Positions 1-13,456 of a stretch of 64,000 nt of DNA are shown piece after piece. The notes under the pieces are model-generated. The model ran no database searches and had not been told where the DNA came from. It was given only the letters and a program-made list of their open reading frames with translations. This stretch comes from Octopus sinensis (lineage: Eukaryota). Position 1 is the first letter of the stretch. Every line of letters begins with the position of its first letter. Made by a program: the position numbers and the translations under genes. The stretch covers positions 110,422,001 through 110,486,000 of the forward strand of contig NC_043000.1 of the NCBI RefSeq assembly GCF_006345805.1, given 5' to 3'.

Positions 1-370
1 AAAGAAATAGGTATTTCGTCTGTCTTTACGTTGTGAGTTCAAATTCCGCCGAGGTCGACTTTGCCTTTCATCCTTTCGGGTTCGTTAAATTAAGTACCAG
101 ATGAATACTGGGGTCGATGTAATCGACTTAATCCGTTTGTCTGTCCTTGTTTGTCCCCTCTGTGTTTAGCCCCTTGTGGGTAGTAAAGAAATAGGTATTT
201 CGTCTGTCTTTACGTTGTGAGTTCAAATTCCGCTGAGGTCGACTTTGTCTTTCATTCTTTCAGGGTCGATAGATTAAGTATCAGTTGCATGCTGGGATCA
301 ATCTAATCGACTGTCCCCCTCCCCCCAAAAAATTTTGGGCCTTGTGCCTAAAGTAGAAAAGAATGTTTTC
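1..370 (+). mobile_element. Head-to-tail partial copies of tRNA-derived SINE family A
   Basis: A ~183-bp unit (aaagaaataggtatttcgtc...gagttcaaattccgccgaggtcgactttgcc...gccccttgtgggtagt) restarts at ~184. It has a B-box-like gagttcaaattcc, and the same sequence recurs at more than 10 loci in the window. Confidence 0.85.
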
Positions 371-1004
371 CCCGTCGTACAAACGTAGCGCTCACGGAAG
401 CGTTGGGGAGAATAAAATTTGAAGATTTCCCCACCTTCTCTGTTTCTATCTCTTTATTCTATTATTATCACCCTTTCTTTGTAGCTCTTTCTTCGTTTTT
501 CTAAATTTCTTTCATCCGAGAAGATTTAACCTTCTTACAGATTAACCATTCGTTGATTATTCATTAATTATTAACCATTCATTAAATATTCAAGTATTTT
601 TCTATATTATCCATTGTCGCCCGACGAGATCAAAGACCTCTCGGTTGACTGTCGAAGTACCAGAGGAGTGGAGTTCGGAGAAAGAGAGAGAGAGAGAGGG
701 GGGAAAATCACAATACTCGTAGGAAGTCTTTAGAATGTCGTTAAATAAAGAATCTTGACAAAAATACGTAAGAATGAGAGAATGTCAAAGGTGTGGAAGG
801 AAAGTAAACAACTTTAGGAATGAAATATTCGAAATAGCTTTACGTTTTATAACTTCAATAACAGCTGAAATACCGGCGTTGGTACATTAAGTCTATTAGG
901 CACGCTTTTTATGGAGGAAAGAAACTTGTTTTGTGTGACGTCACGATACACACAAAGAAAAAGAGAATCTCAGTCTCGGTATAAAGTTTGAGATCCGCTT
1001 TGTT

Positions 1005-1565
1005 ATTGTTACGTTCTGAGTTCAATTTCCGCTGAGGTCGACTTTGCCTTTCATCCTTTCGGGGTCGATAAATTAAGTACCAGTTACGCACTGGGGTCGA
1101 TGTTATCGACTTAACCCGTTTGTCTGTCCTTGTTTGTCCCCTCTGTGTTTAGCCCCTTGTGGGTAGTAAAGAAATATTATTTAAGGCGGCGAGCTGGCAG
1201 AAACGTTAGCACACCGGACGAAACGCTTAGCGGTGTTTTGTCTGCCGCTACGTTCAGAGTTCAAATTCCGCCGAGGTCGACTTTGCCTTACATCCTTTCG
1301 GGGTCGATTAAATAAGTACCAATTACGCACTGGGGTCGATATAATCGACTTAATCCCTTTGTCTGCCTTTGTTTGTCCCCTCTGTGTGTAGCCCCATGTG
1401 GGTAGTAAAGAAATAGGTGTAGAGTTTGAGATCTATTTTGTTATTGTTATTGTTACGTTCTGAGTTCAAATCCCGCTGAGGTCTACTTTGCTTTACATCC
1501 TTTCGGGGTCGATGAAATAAGTAGCAGTTAAACTTGCTGGCCTTGTGCCAAAATTTGAGACTATC
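1005..1565 (+). mobile_element. Cluster of SINE-A copies (full copy ~1185-1417, two partial)
   Basis: Head ggcggcgagctggcagaa (A-box-like) and B box gagttcaaattcc. The central gtcgactttgcctttcatcctttcggggtcgataaattaagtacc resembles the MetaSINE-type conserved domain. Confidence 0.85.
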
Positions 1566-1676
1566 ATTGTTATTTGTTTCATTTAATGTTTTCTTTTAAA
1601 ATCCATTTTGAATTAATTATTTATGAAAAATCATAAAAACTTGTTCATATTTTTTCTCACGTACTTAAATGTAAGC

Positions 1677-1830
1677 ATGGCTGTGTGGTTAAGAAGGTCG
1701 CTTTGTAACCATTTGGTTTTAGGTTCTGTCTCAATACGCAGCACCTTTTTATCTTCTACTATAGTCCTGTTCCGATCGAAGCCTTATGAGTGAATTTGGT
1801 GGACGGAAACTGTGTGGAATCCCGTCCAAT
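1677..1830 (+). mobile_element. SINE family B head plus CORE-like segment, degenerate
   Basis: ggctgtgtggttaagaag...gccttatgagtgaatttggtggacggaaactg is homologous to copies at 21405, 40626 and 47108. Confidence 0.7.
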
Positions 1831-1961
1831 GTATATATGTTTCATCATAATGAAGACAATTTTACATTAATCTGATAGGCTACTCTCTACTTTTGTAGAA
1901 CACAGATTTATTATTCTTAAGCAATGACATTCTTGTCAGTGACTTCGAAGTCACTGTCAAC

Positions 1962-2025
<64 letters not shown>

Positions 2026-2040
2026 ATATCTATATATCTC

Positions 2041-2078
<38 letters not shown>

Positions 2079-2244
2079 TCTATATATCTATATATGTATA
2101 TATGTGTATGATATGTATGTATGCATAGAGGGTTGTTTGGTCCAGTGCTATAGTAGATAGCGCTTGCCCAAGGTGCTGCGCAGTAAAAATTGAATCTGAA
2201 ACAATGGGCTTGAAAAGGGAGCTTCTTAACCATAAAGTTACCTG

Positions 2245-2261
2245 AATAATAATAATATAAC

Positions 2262-2340
<79 letters not shown>

Positions 2341-2341
2341 C

Positions 2342-2416
<75 letters not shown>

Positions 2417-2465
2417 TATTATTATTATTATAATAATAATAATAATGATAATAATAATAATAATA
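2245..2465. repeat. (AAT)n microsatellite
   Basis: Direct reading; source of the poly-I and poly-L ORFs. Confidence 0.95.
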
Positions 2466-2515
2466 ACATCGAAAAATACCTTAGGAATGAGAACCCAGGT
2501 TCGAAATTTCCCCAA

Positions 2516-2561
2516 GACACCTGATGGAGGCTGGAGGGTATATCAGCCGAAACGTTGTGTT
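2516..2561 (+). ncRNA. Degenerate minimal type I hammerhead ribozyme motif (A9 to G)
   Basis: gacac CTGATGG a ggctg-gagggtatat-cagcc GAAAC GTT gtgtt: helix I gacac/gtgtt, helix II ggctg/cagcc. Confidence 0.6.
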
Positions 2562-3088
2562 AACAACAAACAAGATGAGGACAAATATCCGTCAAATGTA
2601 AATAATGTTTATAATGTAAATATAATAATGTCTTTGTCTCTCCTTTTCCCAACTCCAAAACTGGCCGTTGGACATATGGTATTGGTTTGTTTACGTCCCC
2701 CTAACGTAGCAGTTCGGTAAGAGAGATGATTGAATAAGTACCAGATTAAACAAAAAAAAAAAAAAAAAATTTTAAAAACCCCAGTTCTGACGTTGATTTG
2801 TTCCGCTAAAAGCCTTCAAAGCGATGCTCCAACTTGGCCGCAATCCATTGAATAAAACAAATAAAAAATGAAGAGGAAAAGAGAGAAATTAGCAAGAAAT
2901 ATTTATTTAGACATTATCAGTAAACATTCACTTAAAGACGATCTGACGGCAGATGAACACGTGGTATGTTATCTTGTGAAAATTAAATTTTTTTACTTTA
3001 TTAACAAATAAAAACTTAATAATTAGAATATTTCAACGAGAAATGATAATTTGAAGCTAATTTCTGACTAATATTTTCTTTAGTGTAA

Positions 3089-3560
3089 GGCGGCGAGCTG
3101 GCAGAATCGTTAACACGCCGAGCAAAATGCTTCGAAGCAGCATATCGCCCGTATTTACATTCTGGGTTCAAATTCCACCGAAGTCGGCTTTGCCCTTCTT
3201 ATTTCCGGAGATCGATAAAACAAGTACCTATTTCTTTACTACCCACAAGGGGCTAAACACAGAGGGGACAAACAAGGGCAGACAAACGGATTAAGTCGAT
3301 TACATCGACCCCAGTGAGTAACTGGTACTTAATTTAAAGACCCCGAAAGGATAAAAGGCAAAGTCGACCTCGGCGGAATTTGAACTCAGAACGTAACGAC
3401 AGATGAAATACGGCTACGCATTTCGCCCGCGTGCTAACGATTCTGCCAGCTCGCCGCCTTCATCGATAAAACAAGTACCATTTGATCGCTAGGGTCGATT
3501 TATCTCCCTTGTCCCTCCCGCAAAATTGCTGGCCTTGTGTCCAAATTTGAAATCTATTAT
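3089..3560. mobile_element. Minus-strand SINE-A (3229-3461) nested in a plus-strand SINE-A with an 18-bp TSD
   Basis: atcgataaaacaagtacc occurs at 3211-3228 and 3462-3479, flanking the inner full-length reverse copy. Confidence 0.85.
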
Positions 3561-3888
3561 CTCTAGTTAAAATGTCTTCTTTGCCTCTTAAAAATTGAAA
3601 GTAGCGTCTCTTATCTGCTTTCATTAAAATGGATTTGTAGATAAGAATAGAGCAAGGGTCAGACGGTACTGTACTCATCCGAGAAGGGTACCAGAATCAA
3701 GTACCCCACCCCCACGCGCAATCAAAGATCGACTATCTCTATCCCTTATCTTCTTGTTTCAGTTATTGAACTGCGGCCATGCTGGGGCATCGCATTTGAA
3801 GGTTTTTAGTTGAACAAAATAATCCCAGTGCATATGTTTGTTTATTAAAACTGGTACTTGTTCTATTGGTCTGTCTTGCCGAACCGCT

Positions 3889-3953
3889 ACATTACACGGA
3901 CATAAACACACTAACACCAGTCACCAATATATACATATATGTGTGTGTGCGTG

Positions 3954-4021
<68 letters not shown>

Positions 4022-4161
4022 ATGTGTATGGGCGTGCGTGTGTATATAAATATATGTATATAGTTATCTATATACGTAAGAATGTCTGTGTGTATGTATG
4101 TACATATATTATATATATATGCTACATTACAAGGACGTAAACACACCAACACCGGCATATA

Positions 4162-4211
<50 letters not shown>

Positions 4212-4460
4212 CGTGTATGTGTGTGTGTGTGTATGTGTATGGGTGTGCGTGTGTATATAAATATATGTATATAGTTATCTATGTACATATGTCTCTTATC
4301 TATGTGCGTACGAATGTATGTATGTATATATGTATGTGTGTATGGATATATATTATATATATGCTACATTACAAGGACGTAAGCACACCAACACCGGCGT
4401 ATATGTATGTATATGTACATGTATGGGTGTGCAGAGTATGTAAGTATATGTATATATAAA
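3889..4460. repeat. Tandem triplication (~240-bp period) of a SINE-tail fragment plus TA/TG microsatellite
   Basis: acattacaaggacgtaaacacaccaacacc-like motif at ~3889, ~4125 and ~4365. Confidence 0.75.
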
Positions 4461-4718
4461 GTAAAAACTATTGAAAAGGCTGCAAGACGCAACGTAAATT
4501 TTAGGAAAATAAGAAAAAAAGTGGAAATTTTACCGGTGAGTGTGTTAAATAATAAGGCACAAAAAGAAAATGACTCTCCCCAGACACAACAGAATATGCT
4601 TCAACACACGAACTCATATAAAGAATCTTGCAAACCAAATCCAAAAACGAAATATATGTATATAGTTATGTATGTATGTATGTATGTATGTATGTATGCA
4701 TGTATGTATGCATGTATG

Positions 4719-4749
<31 letters not shown>

Positions 4750-5450
4750 TAATAATAATAATAATAATATTGGTTTCAGATTTTGGCACAAGGCCGGCAA
4801 TATCGGGGAAGGAGGGAGAATCGATTACATCGACCCCAGAAATCAAACAGTACGTATTTTATCGACCCCGAAAGGATGAAAGGCAAAGTCGACCTCAGCG
4901 GAATTTGAACTCAGAACGTAGAGATGGACGAAATTCCGCTAAGCTTTTTGTCCGGCATGTTAACGATTCGGCCAGTTCGCCGCCTTTTAACCATAGAAAC
5001 TCTGTAGCATCATCTGTGGCATCGATTAGTCTGACGAGGTGGTCATGGGTGTGTATTTGGAAAGTCTTGTCTCAGTCTTGTATAGAGAGCTGCGTCAAAC
5101 TGCCAAATTCCAACCTCAAGGAATTTGTCAATACGAAATGACAATTCAAGACACTTGAAGACACAACGAACCTCATATTGGGATCGGATTCGGAACTACG
5201 GGATGGAGTAGCAGCGAAGAAAACTTCTTCGTCTTACAGCTTTGCCTGCGCCCAAAGTAGACAGAATAAGGAGATAAAATATCTTAAATATCCGTTTCGT
5301 ATTGTCCTTCATCTCTCAATTGTTATTGTCGGAAGAAACATGACGTGAAGGAATAAATGAATTCTTAAACAAACACGCTCCGACATCCTGTTTGAATATT
5401 TTAGCCTTTTTCTCCGTAAAACAACGGAATCATCTTCGTTTCTTCCGCTG

Positions 5451-5722
5451 AAGAACAGCTCTATATTAACAGTAACATGTAGCAACAACAACAATAACAA
5501 CAACAACAACCGACTGAAAGGAGAGCCTTCGGAGATATTCATCCAACATTACTTGTTTAACTGGCAACGTTATTGGCGCCGTTAGAATGGTTTACTCTGA
5601 GATATTGTCAAGAAGCCAAGTGACGTCACATCCATCTTTCTGTCAATCTTGGGTTTATTATGATGACGTCAAAGAGAGAAACAACCACCTGCTGCCCATT
5701 TCAGCACGAATAAAAACATACA

Positions 5723-5806
<84 letters not shown>

Positions 5807-6821
5807 TCTTGCTGTTGTTTTTCAGTTTTATTGGATGTTTATTTTATTATCTTTTTCTATTTATTGGTTTATATATCTACTTCATCGTCGTCGTCGTCGT
5901 CGTCGTTGATTTTGTTGTTTTTGTTGTTGTTCTTCAACATTTTCGTTATAAACAAAGACTTACAAACAGCGCCCCCACTCGGAAAGTGTTCCTTCCCTGT
6001 TTATATAAACTCTCTCAGGCGATGCCTCTATTTATGATAACAAACTGTTGCTGTGGTTGTTGCTGTGGTTCTTTATCGCTAAATCAGGATTGAAGGGTTC
6101 AGGTCACGGCCATTTTCAGGATCTCCAAGCCAGGGGGGGGGGCAACAAAAGAGTATTCTTATATCGGGTACCTGCGCTGAATGCTTGAAACGGAGTGGAC
6201 TCCCTTAAATACACCCAAGATGCAAGGTTAAACTGGGTGTCAGATTAAGTTATTACCAGTGTAGGTCGCGACGAGAAAGGAAGTAGAAAGTAAAGAGTCG
6301 CATCAAATGCTGCAAAGCCAACCCTGATGGGAAAGACCCTTTACGGCAAGTATTATGGAAGAAAAAGAAGAAAATATGCTCAAATTGGGTATCTGGGCTA
6401 AATACTTGCAACAGAGTAGACTTCCCTGAAGATCCCCGAGGCCCGGGTGGCGATGTTAAATCGGGAGACGGTTTAGGTCCCACAGCCAGCTAGTCCAGGG
6501 CGGGATTTGAACTCAGAACGTGAAGAGCCGGAATAAATATTGCATGGTTAAGCCTGAAGGGGCATACCCTCTATTAAATACACTCCAACTGTGACCCTCC
6601 TCACTTCAAGGTGGAATGTTGGTCAACGTTATCCTGTGTATTCTTTCGTCAACATGTGGTTGCTATTTATAGCAGATCGATCGATCATAGTGTTCCCCCA
6701 ATGAAATAGTTGATCAATATGTATATCCTGTGTTCATCGATAATTGAAACTTGAGGTATTTGTTAGAAGTGATTCACGAGATCAATCATCGACTGATAGA
6801 CAGCTGTCACAACTGACGTCA
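5451..6821 (+). repeat. Left arm of a long inverted duplication
   Basis: Reverse complement of 8613-9946 over its whole length, with scattered substitutions and microsatellite length differences. Confidence 0.95.
5560..5671. promoter_or_regulatory. Promoter-like motif cluster (two perfect CRE/ATF palindromes, reverse CCAAT, X-box-like half site)
   Basis: TGACGTCA at 5621-5628 and 5664-5671, with attgg and ctggcaac upstream. Motif match only; no gene identified. Confidence 0.25.
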
Positions 6822-6926
6822 GTCAGTACACACACGCACACACACACACACTTATATTTACATACACATATACATACACACACATATATATATGTGTATA
6901 TATATGTATATATATATATATATAAT

Positions 6927-6975
<49 letters not shown>

Positions 6976-7098
6976 ATATATATATATATATATATGTATG
7001 TATATGGATGTATATATGCGTACGCGCCTGTACATAGGTTAGGAAGCTTCTTTCCTTATATCGTGGTTTTCACTTCAGTCTGATTGTGCAGCACTTTG

Positions 7099-7133
<35 letters not shown>

Positions 7134-8196
7134 CACATGTACGTATACTATGGGCTTGCGCACAGGTTTCTATCCCCAAAATTTACTGAGGAGGCATTGC
7201 CCTGCTTGGGGTTATAGTAGAAGACACTTACACATGGTGCCACGCATTAAGACAGAAACTAACATTAAATGGCTGCAAAGCGGACTTCATAACCATACAA
7301 CCAAACCTACGATTCGTCGGAATTATGTTTTTGTTAAAACACAAAGAGACAAGTATGGACGTATTTCTGTTTTATAGCTTTTCAGTAAACTTGTCACTCA
7401 TCCTCAATCTCATAAATTGCACTTTATGATTCACTGAGCTACGATAACACCGAAACAGACAGATTTTCCTACTGTCCTGAGTATGACTTTAGATTTCTTA
7501 CGGCGGTTTACCCTGGTTCGGCTGCTCCAAAGTTTTGAGGAGCATGGAGTTACTTTGTAGTCACTATTGTCCCCAGATCTACTCTGACCCGGAGTAGTAA
7601 GTAACATCTGTCAAGTCCATAACTATGAGTCAAAAAGCATGTAATCACTGGAGGCATGATGCGATGGAATCATGAGATGTAGCCTGGGAGATGTGAGTAA
7701 TCCCAGCAGATGAATCTTGTTGAATCAATGTCGAATACCGCTAACTACTAAGCGGATGGTTTATCAGACTACAAAGTGTCAATGGCCAAGATCAACCATT
7801 TCAGTTGGCGAACTACTGCTAACATCTGTGGCCATATGTGCACAGATGGGATATATCAGCTAAGCTAAAAACCAGAATGACTCAAATCCAGCCCAGACGT
7901 TCGTGTTTCGCTGCTCGAGTGGGACGTCAGAAGCAGGAAAGTTACTTTGGATCGGGTATGCTGCCAGATTTGAATGGCTTAATGATCACATTAAACTCAT
8001 TGAAGTTGTCAGTGAGCTCAATGGTACAACTTCTTTACCATATAAGTATGTCTGTCTAGCTTTTTGATGACCAATGTATTAAAATATGTTATCAGAAACT
8101 TGAAGGACATTTACATGGTGTCATACGGAAATAGTCTTTGTGTAATAACCATCAGGCGGTGATGACTGTCTATTTTGAGAGAGAGTGTAGGATAGT

Positions 8197-8233
<37 letters not shown>

Positions 8234-8283
8234 TGAGAGAGAGAGACATAGAAATAAATAAAGAGACATAGAGATAGATAGAG

Positions 8284-8368
<85 letters not shown>

Positions 8369-8612
8369 GATAGATAGATAGATAGCCAAATAGGTAGATA
8401 GATAGAAATTGAAAATTCAAAAAAGTTATGTCTGGTCACTTCGAATTGAAAACTTCAAAATACATCCGAGAGTGAATGATTATTTGATCGATAATCCTCA
8501 GTCGTGCATTGTGTGTGTGTGTGTGTGTGTGCGTGCGGGCGCGTCTTTATGACCTAGTGACTCAGAAAAACATCCTGTCCTCGCAATTTAACAGGAAATG
8601 TAAAATGCCGAA

Positions 8613-9620
8613 TGACGTCAGTTGTGACAGCTGTCTATCAGTCGATTATTGATCTCTGTCTCGTGAATCACTTCTAACAAATAGCTCAAGTTTCAATTAT
8701 TGATGAACACAGGATATACATATTGATCAACTATTTCATTGGGGGAACACTATGATCGATCGATCTGCTATAAATAGCAACCACATGTTGACGAAAGAAT
8801 ACACAAGATAACGTTGACCAACATTCCACCTTGAAGTGAGAAGGGTCACAGTTGGAGTGTATTTAATAAAGGATCTGCTCCTTCAGGCTTAACCACGCAA
8901 TATTTGTTACGGCTCTTCACGTTCTGAGTTCAAATCCCGCCCTGGCCTAGATGGCTGTGAAACATATTCCGTCACCCGATTTAACATCACCACCCGGGCC
9001 TCGGGGATCTTCAGGGAAGTCTACTCTGTTGCAAGTATTTAGCCCAGATACCCGATTTAGGCATATTTTCTTCTTTTTCTTCCATAATACTTACCGTAAA
9101 AGGTCTTTCCCATCAGGGTTGGCTTTGCAGCATTTGATGCGACTCTTTGCTTTCTACTTCCTTTCCCGCCGCGACCTACACTGGCGATAACTTAATCTGA
9201 CACCCAGTTTAACTTTGCATCTTGGGTGCATTTAAGGGAGTCCACTCCGTTTCAAGCATTTAGCGCAGGTACCCGATATAAGAATACTCTCTTGTTCGCC
9301 CCCACCTTCCTAGGAGACCCTGAAAATGGCCGTGACCTGAACCCTTCAATCCTGATTTAGCGATAAAGAACCACAGCAACAACCACAGCAACAGTTTGTT
9401 ATCATAAATAGAGGCATCACCTGAGAGAGTTTATATAAACAGGGAAGGAACACTTTCCGAGTGGGGGCGCTGTTTGTAAGTCTTTGTTTATAACGAAAAT
9501 GTTGAAGAACAACAACAAAAACAACAAAATCAACGACGACGATGAAGTAGATATATAAACCAATAAATAGAAAAAGATAATAAAATAAACATCCAATAAA
9601 ACTGAAAAACAACAGCAAGA

Positions 9621-9683
<63 letters not shown>

Positions 9684-9946
9684 TGTATGTTTTTATTCGT
9701 GCTGAAATGGGCGGCAGGTGGTTGTTTCTCTCTTTGACGTCATCATAATAAACCCAAGATTGACAGAAAGATGGATGTGACGTCACTTGGCTTCTTGACA
9801 ATATCTCAGAGTAAACCATTCTAACGGTTCCAATAACGTTGCCAGTTAAACAAGTAATGTTGGATGAATATCTCCGAAGGCTCTCCTTTCAGTCGGTTGT
9901 TGTTGTTGTTGTTGCTACATGTTACTGTTAATATAGAGCTGTTCTT
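8613..9946 (-). repeat. Right arm of the long inverted duplication
   Basis: Mirror of 5451-6821; ORFs 5587..6093(+) and 9346..9819(-) translate almost identically. Confidence 0.95.
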
Positions 9947-10160
9947 ACTACTGTTAATATAGAGTCATGGCGATAAATCGGATATGAGTGAAAAATTAAA
10001 TAATTGATAAGGAACCTAAGAATACATCACGAAGGATATAACATAAACAATTGTTAATTATTTACGAATATATCAATGGCCAAACATAAGGGAAGTGTGT
10101 ATAATTATGAATAAATCACAATTATAACGGAGAGGGCTGCACAAACCCTTACATATATAA

Positions 10161-10626
10161 AACAAATGATAGAGTCGGAAAATGGAATGTACGAAAAACG
10201 TATTATTGCTCATAACGATCGTTTCGTCCCATCTTGCATCGATCCCTCGTTGATGGGGTAATGTACAACTGGTTGTGATACATCCCCCGGCGCCAAAGTG
10301 TCTCATTAGGTGATTTTTCAAGGAGTATCTCGTTAGATAAACTCTATTTCGCTCGGTTTTGATACAGCATGTTGTTAGTGACCTTAAGTGTTAGCCCTTG
10401 GCGTGTGACAGATTCCGTTGCAATGTTATAAACGGTTACTAAGTTTATGTGTAGACGAGATGACCCTTGAAAAATTCACCTGACGAATCACTTCTGCACC
10501 GAGGAATGCACCGCAACCAGTTGTACAGTACCCTACCAGTGAGGGATCGATGCAGGGTGGGTCGAAACGATCGTTGTGGGTAATAAAGTTTCTCGCATAT
10601 TCCATGTTCTGTCTCTATCATTTGTA
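10161..10626. mobile_element. Diverged inverted pair of Penelope-LTR-like units with hammerhead-like cores
   Basis: 10161-10343 is an imperfect reverse complement of 10442-10626. The plus copy reads ttcac CTGACGA ... gtc GAAAC gatc GTT gtggg, with the palindrome aacgatcgtt. Confidence 0.55.
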
Positions 10627-10757
10627 ATATACCGAACGTACACTGAGGAATTCATGAGGTAGATACAGTGTCAATTGTCAAAATACCACGGAAGGCGTCA
10701 GGTAGACATAGGCTGCGAACGTGCTTCACTGGCTAACTACTAGGTACATACCCGATA

Positions 10758-10805
<48 letters not shown>

Positions 10806-12086
10806 TATATATATATATTATATATAGTACTTTTACAAGAAGAGTGACGACAGTAACTTTGAAGTTTTAGCATATTAGCATTCATCACTCGTCTTGTAAG
10901 AGTATGATACTTTTTTACTCTACAGAATGTAATGACTTATCTTACAGTTTAATAGTAAATTTGCTTTTATTATGCTTCGACTTAAAAATGAACATTAACA
11001 TCTACTTGTACGTGCGTGCGTGCGTATGTGTCAATGTGTGTATCTAAGTGTCTGTGTTTATCACTTGCACTCAGTCCTTGACAACGTGTGCTGGTTTGTT
11101 TACGTTCCCTAACTTAGAAGTTCGGCTTAAGAGCCAATAAGTTACCAAACTTTGAAAACATCATCGCATAAGTACTGGAATTTATTTGTTTGACTAAAAC
11201 TCTTCAAGGCGATGCCCCAGCATGGCCTCGGTCGAACGACTAAAGTAAGTAGAAGATAATGGATAGAAGATAACACTGGAATTAATTCTTGAAGGAATCG
11301 CAGAGAAATCAGGTGAGAGATTTTTACCTACGTCAGTGGATTTTGTAGCGCTGTATTCTGGCGGCTGAAGAAATGGTGAGAGATTGCATGGGGGTGGTGG
11401 TGGTGTTAGGGCGGTGTATTGTTTTTGTTGTTGTTGTTGTTGGTGGTGGAGGCGGAGAAGGAAGTAGATTGGTGGCGATATGATGTTTGATGTGAAGAGA
11501 ACGGAAGCAAGTAATGTGGTGAAGATGTTATGTCTTGGTGCCACGACTATCCATCAGTTGAAGTGCGAAAATAGAGAGATTGGTTAATGGAGGGTAGAAC
11601 TACGAACTTTGGCATATTTGATGTAGTGAACCAGGAAATTTTAATTGATGAATATAATCAAATTTAGATCATTTAGTACTGAAAATGGTCATTATCTAAA
11701 GGAGGAATTCTGTTTAAAAAAAAAACAACGGAAAATGAAATGCAAGAAGAAAAGCAAAAAAATGCTGAGGTGACAACCGGCAAAAAGTTGGCAGACGATC
11801 AGGTTGCAGCAGATGGCGAATCATGCTCGACCATGGAGTACAGAGTGTGCAGGGCAAGAGGCGTGGCCAGAAGGAGTGATGACGTAATGGTCTCCGGCAC
11901 CAATGAAAGACGTCGATTTAGACCCAGGCACACGCATACACGCATACACACACATACACGCACATGTACCACACATATTAATACAAGTACACGACGTACA
12001 CGCACACATACATACATACATAAATGCATACATACATACAAGTGCACATACATATATGTATATGTGTATATATATATATAATATAT

Positions 12087-12120
<34 letters not shown>

Positions 12121-12412
12121 ATATATATAATATATATATATATACACGTATACATATATGTGTGTGTATTATATATAGATACACACACACACACACATAC
12201 ACACACACACACACAACACACACCCACACCATATATATATATGGAATTCATTTAGAAGTTAGCCTCTTGAAGGGATGGTGTCATCCAAAGAATACCTAAT
12301 ATTTTGGGGGAAATTGATTTCTTTAAAATAATAGGTTTGAATATGAACTGTAGGTTATATTCATGCAAAGGAAAGAAGAAAATGGAGATTTTGGAGTTAA
12401 TACACACACACA

Positions 12413-12463
<51 letters not shown>

Positions 12464-12537
12464 ACATACACATATGTATATTTATGCACACACACACACA
12501 CACGTACGCATACACCCGAACACCATGACACACACTT

Positions 12538-12606
<69 letters not shown>

Positions 12607-12661
12607 CTAGGTTTGTATTTGCAACTCACATTTTAGATTATGTGTGCGTAGGTGCGTGTGT

Positions 12662-12710
<49 letters not shown>

Positions 12711-12789
12711 TGTGTATCTGTGTAAAAATGTGTACGCGTAATTAACATATCATGGTTGATAAATAATATTAAAACCATTTTAAAATAAC

Positions 12790-12962
12790 ATACTTGGTGT
12801 ATATAATACGCACTCTCGAAACATCATCCCGGGTCCTATTTACTAAGTCACGCCTATAATAAATCCTTTAATACGCTAAAAATCTTTCTTCCTCAATATT
12901 CGCTGCTGAAATTGGGGTGCATTTGATACACCGGTGCGTCCTTTATGCCATTAAATGCGGTG
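12790..12962. mobile_element. Possible degenerate Tc1/pogo-type MITE
   Basis: Imperfect inverted ends ggtgtataatacgcac ... ggtgcatttgatacacc, ending ...attaaatgcgg. Confidence 0.3.
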
Positions 12963-13170
12963 TGTGACGCATGATACAGAAATGGAGATTAATAGACTTG
13001 TATTTTATGATGCGGCGCGAATTAATTTTTCATTTCAACAATCATTGATTTCCGTTTCGATCTTCAAGTTTTACAATGAGAAGAAAAAAAAAAAGAAGAC
13101 GTGTAGACGAACAACGCAAAATCAATTATCTCTCTCTGTGTCTCTGTCTGTCTGTCTGTCTGTCTGTAGA

Positions 13171-13270
<100 letters not shown>

Positions 13271-13276
13271 CTGTCT

Positions 13277-13322
<46 letters not shown>

Positions 13323-13389
13323 ATCTATCTGTCTGCCTGTCTGCTGTCTGTCTGTCTGTCGTCTGTCTGTCTTATATTTATCTATCTAT

Positions 13390-13453
<64 letters not shown>

Positions 13454-13456
<3 letters not shown>

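Noticed and set aside
5587-6093. 168-aa ORF with a near-identical 157-aa copy at 9346..9819
   Set aside because: The duplication is explained by the inverted repeat, the poly-Leu comes from (TTA)n, and no domain is recognisable.
7870-8070. Protein-like open stretch (AQTFVFRC...RFEWLNDHIKLIEVVSELNG) with a possible gtatgt donor
   Set aside because: No convincing acceptor or polypyrimidine tract and no family I recognise; a tBLASTx or RNA-seq check would be needed.
5451-9946. Foldback or large-TIR DNA transposon
   Set aside because: No target-site duplication at the outer ends and no transposase in the spacer; kept only as an inverted duplication.
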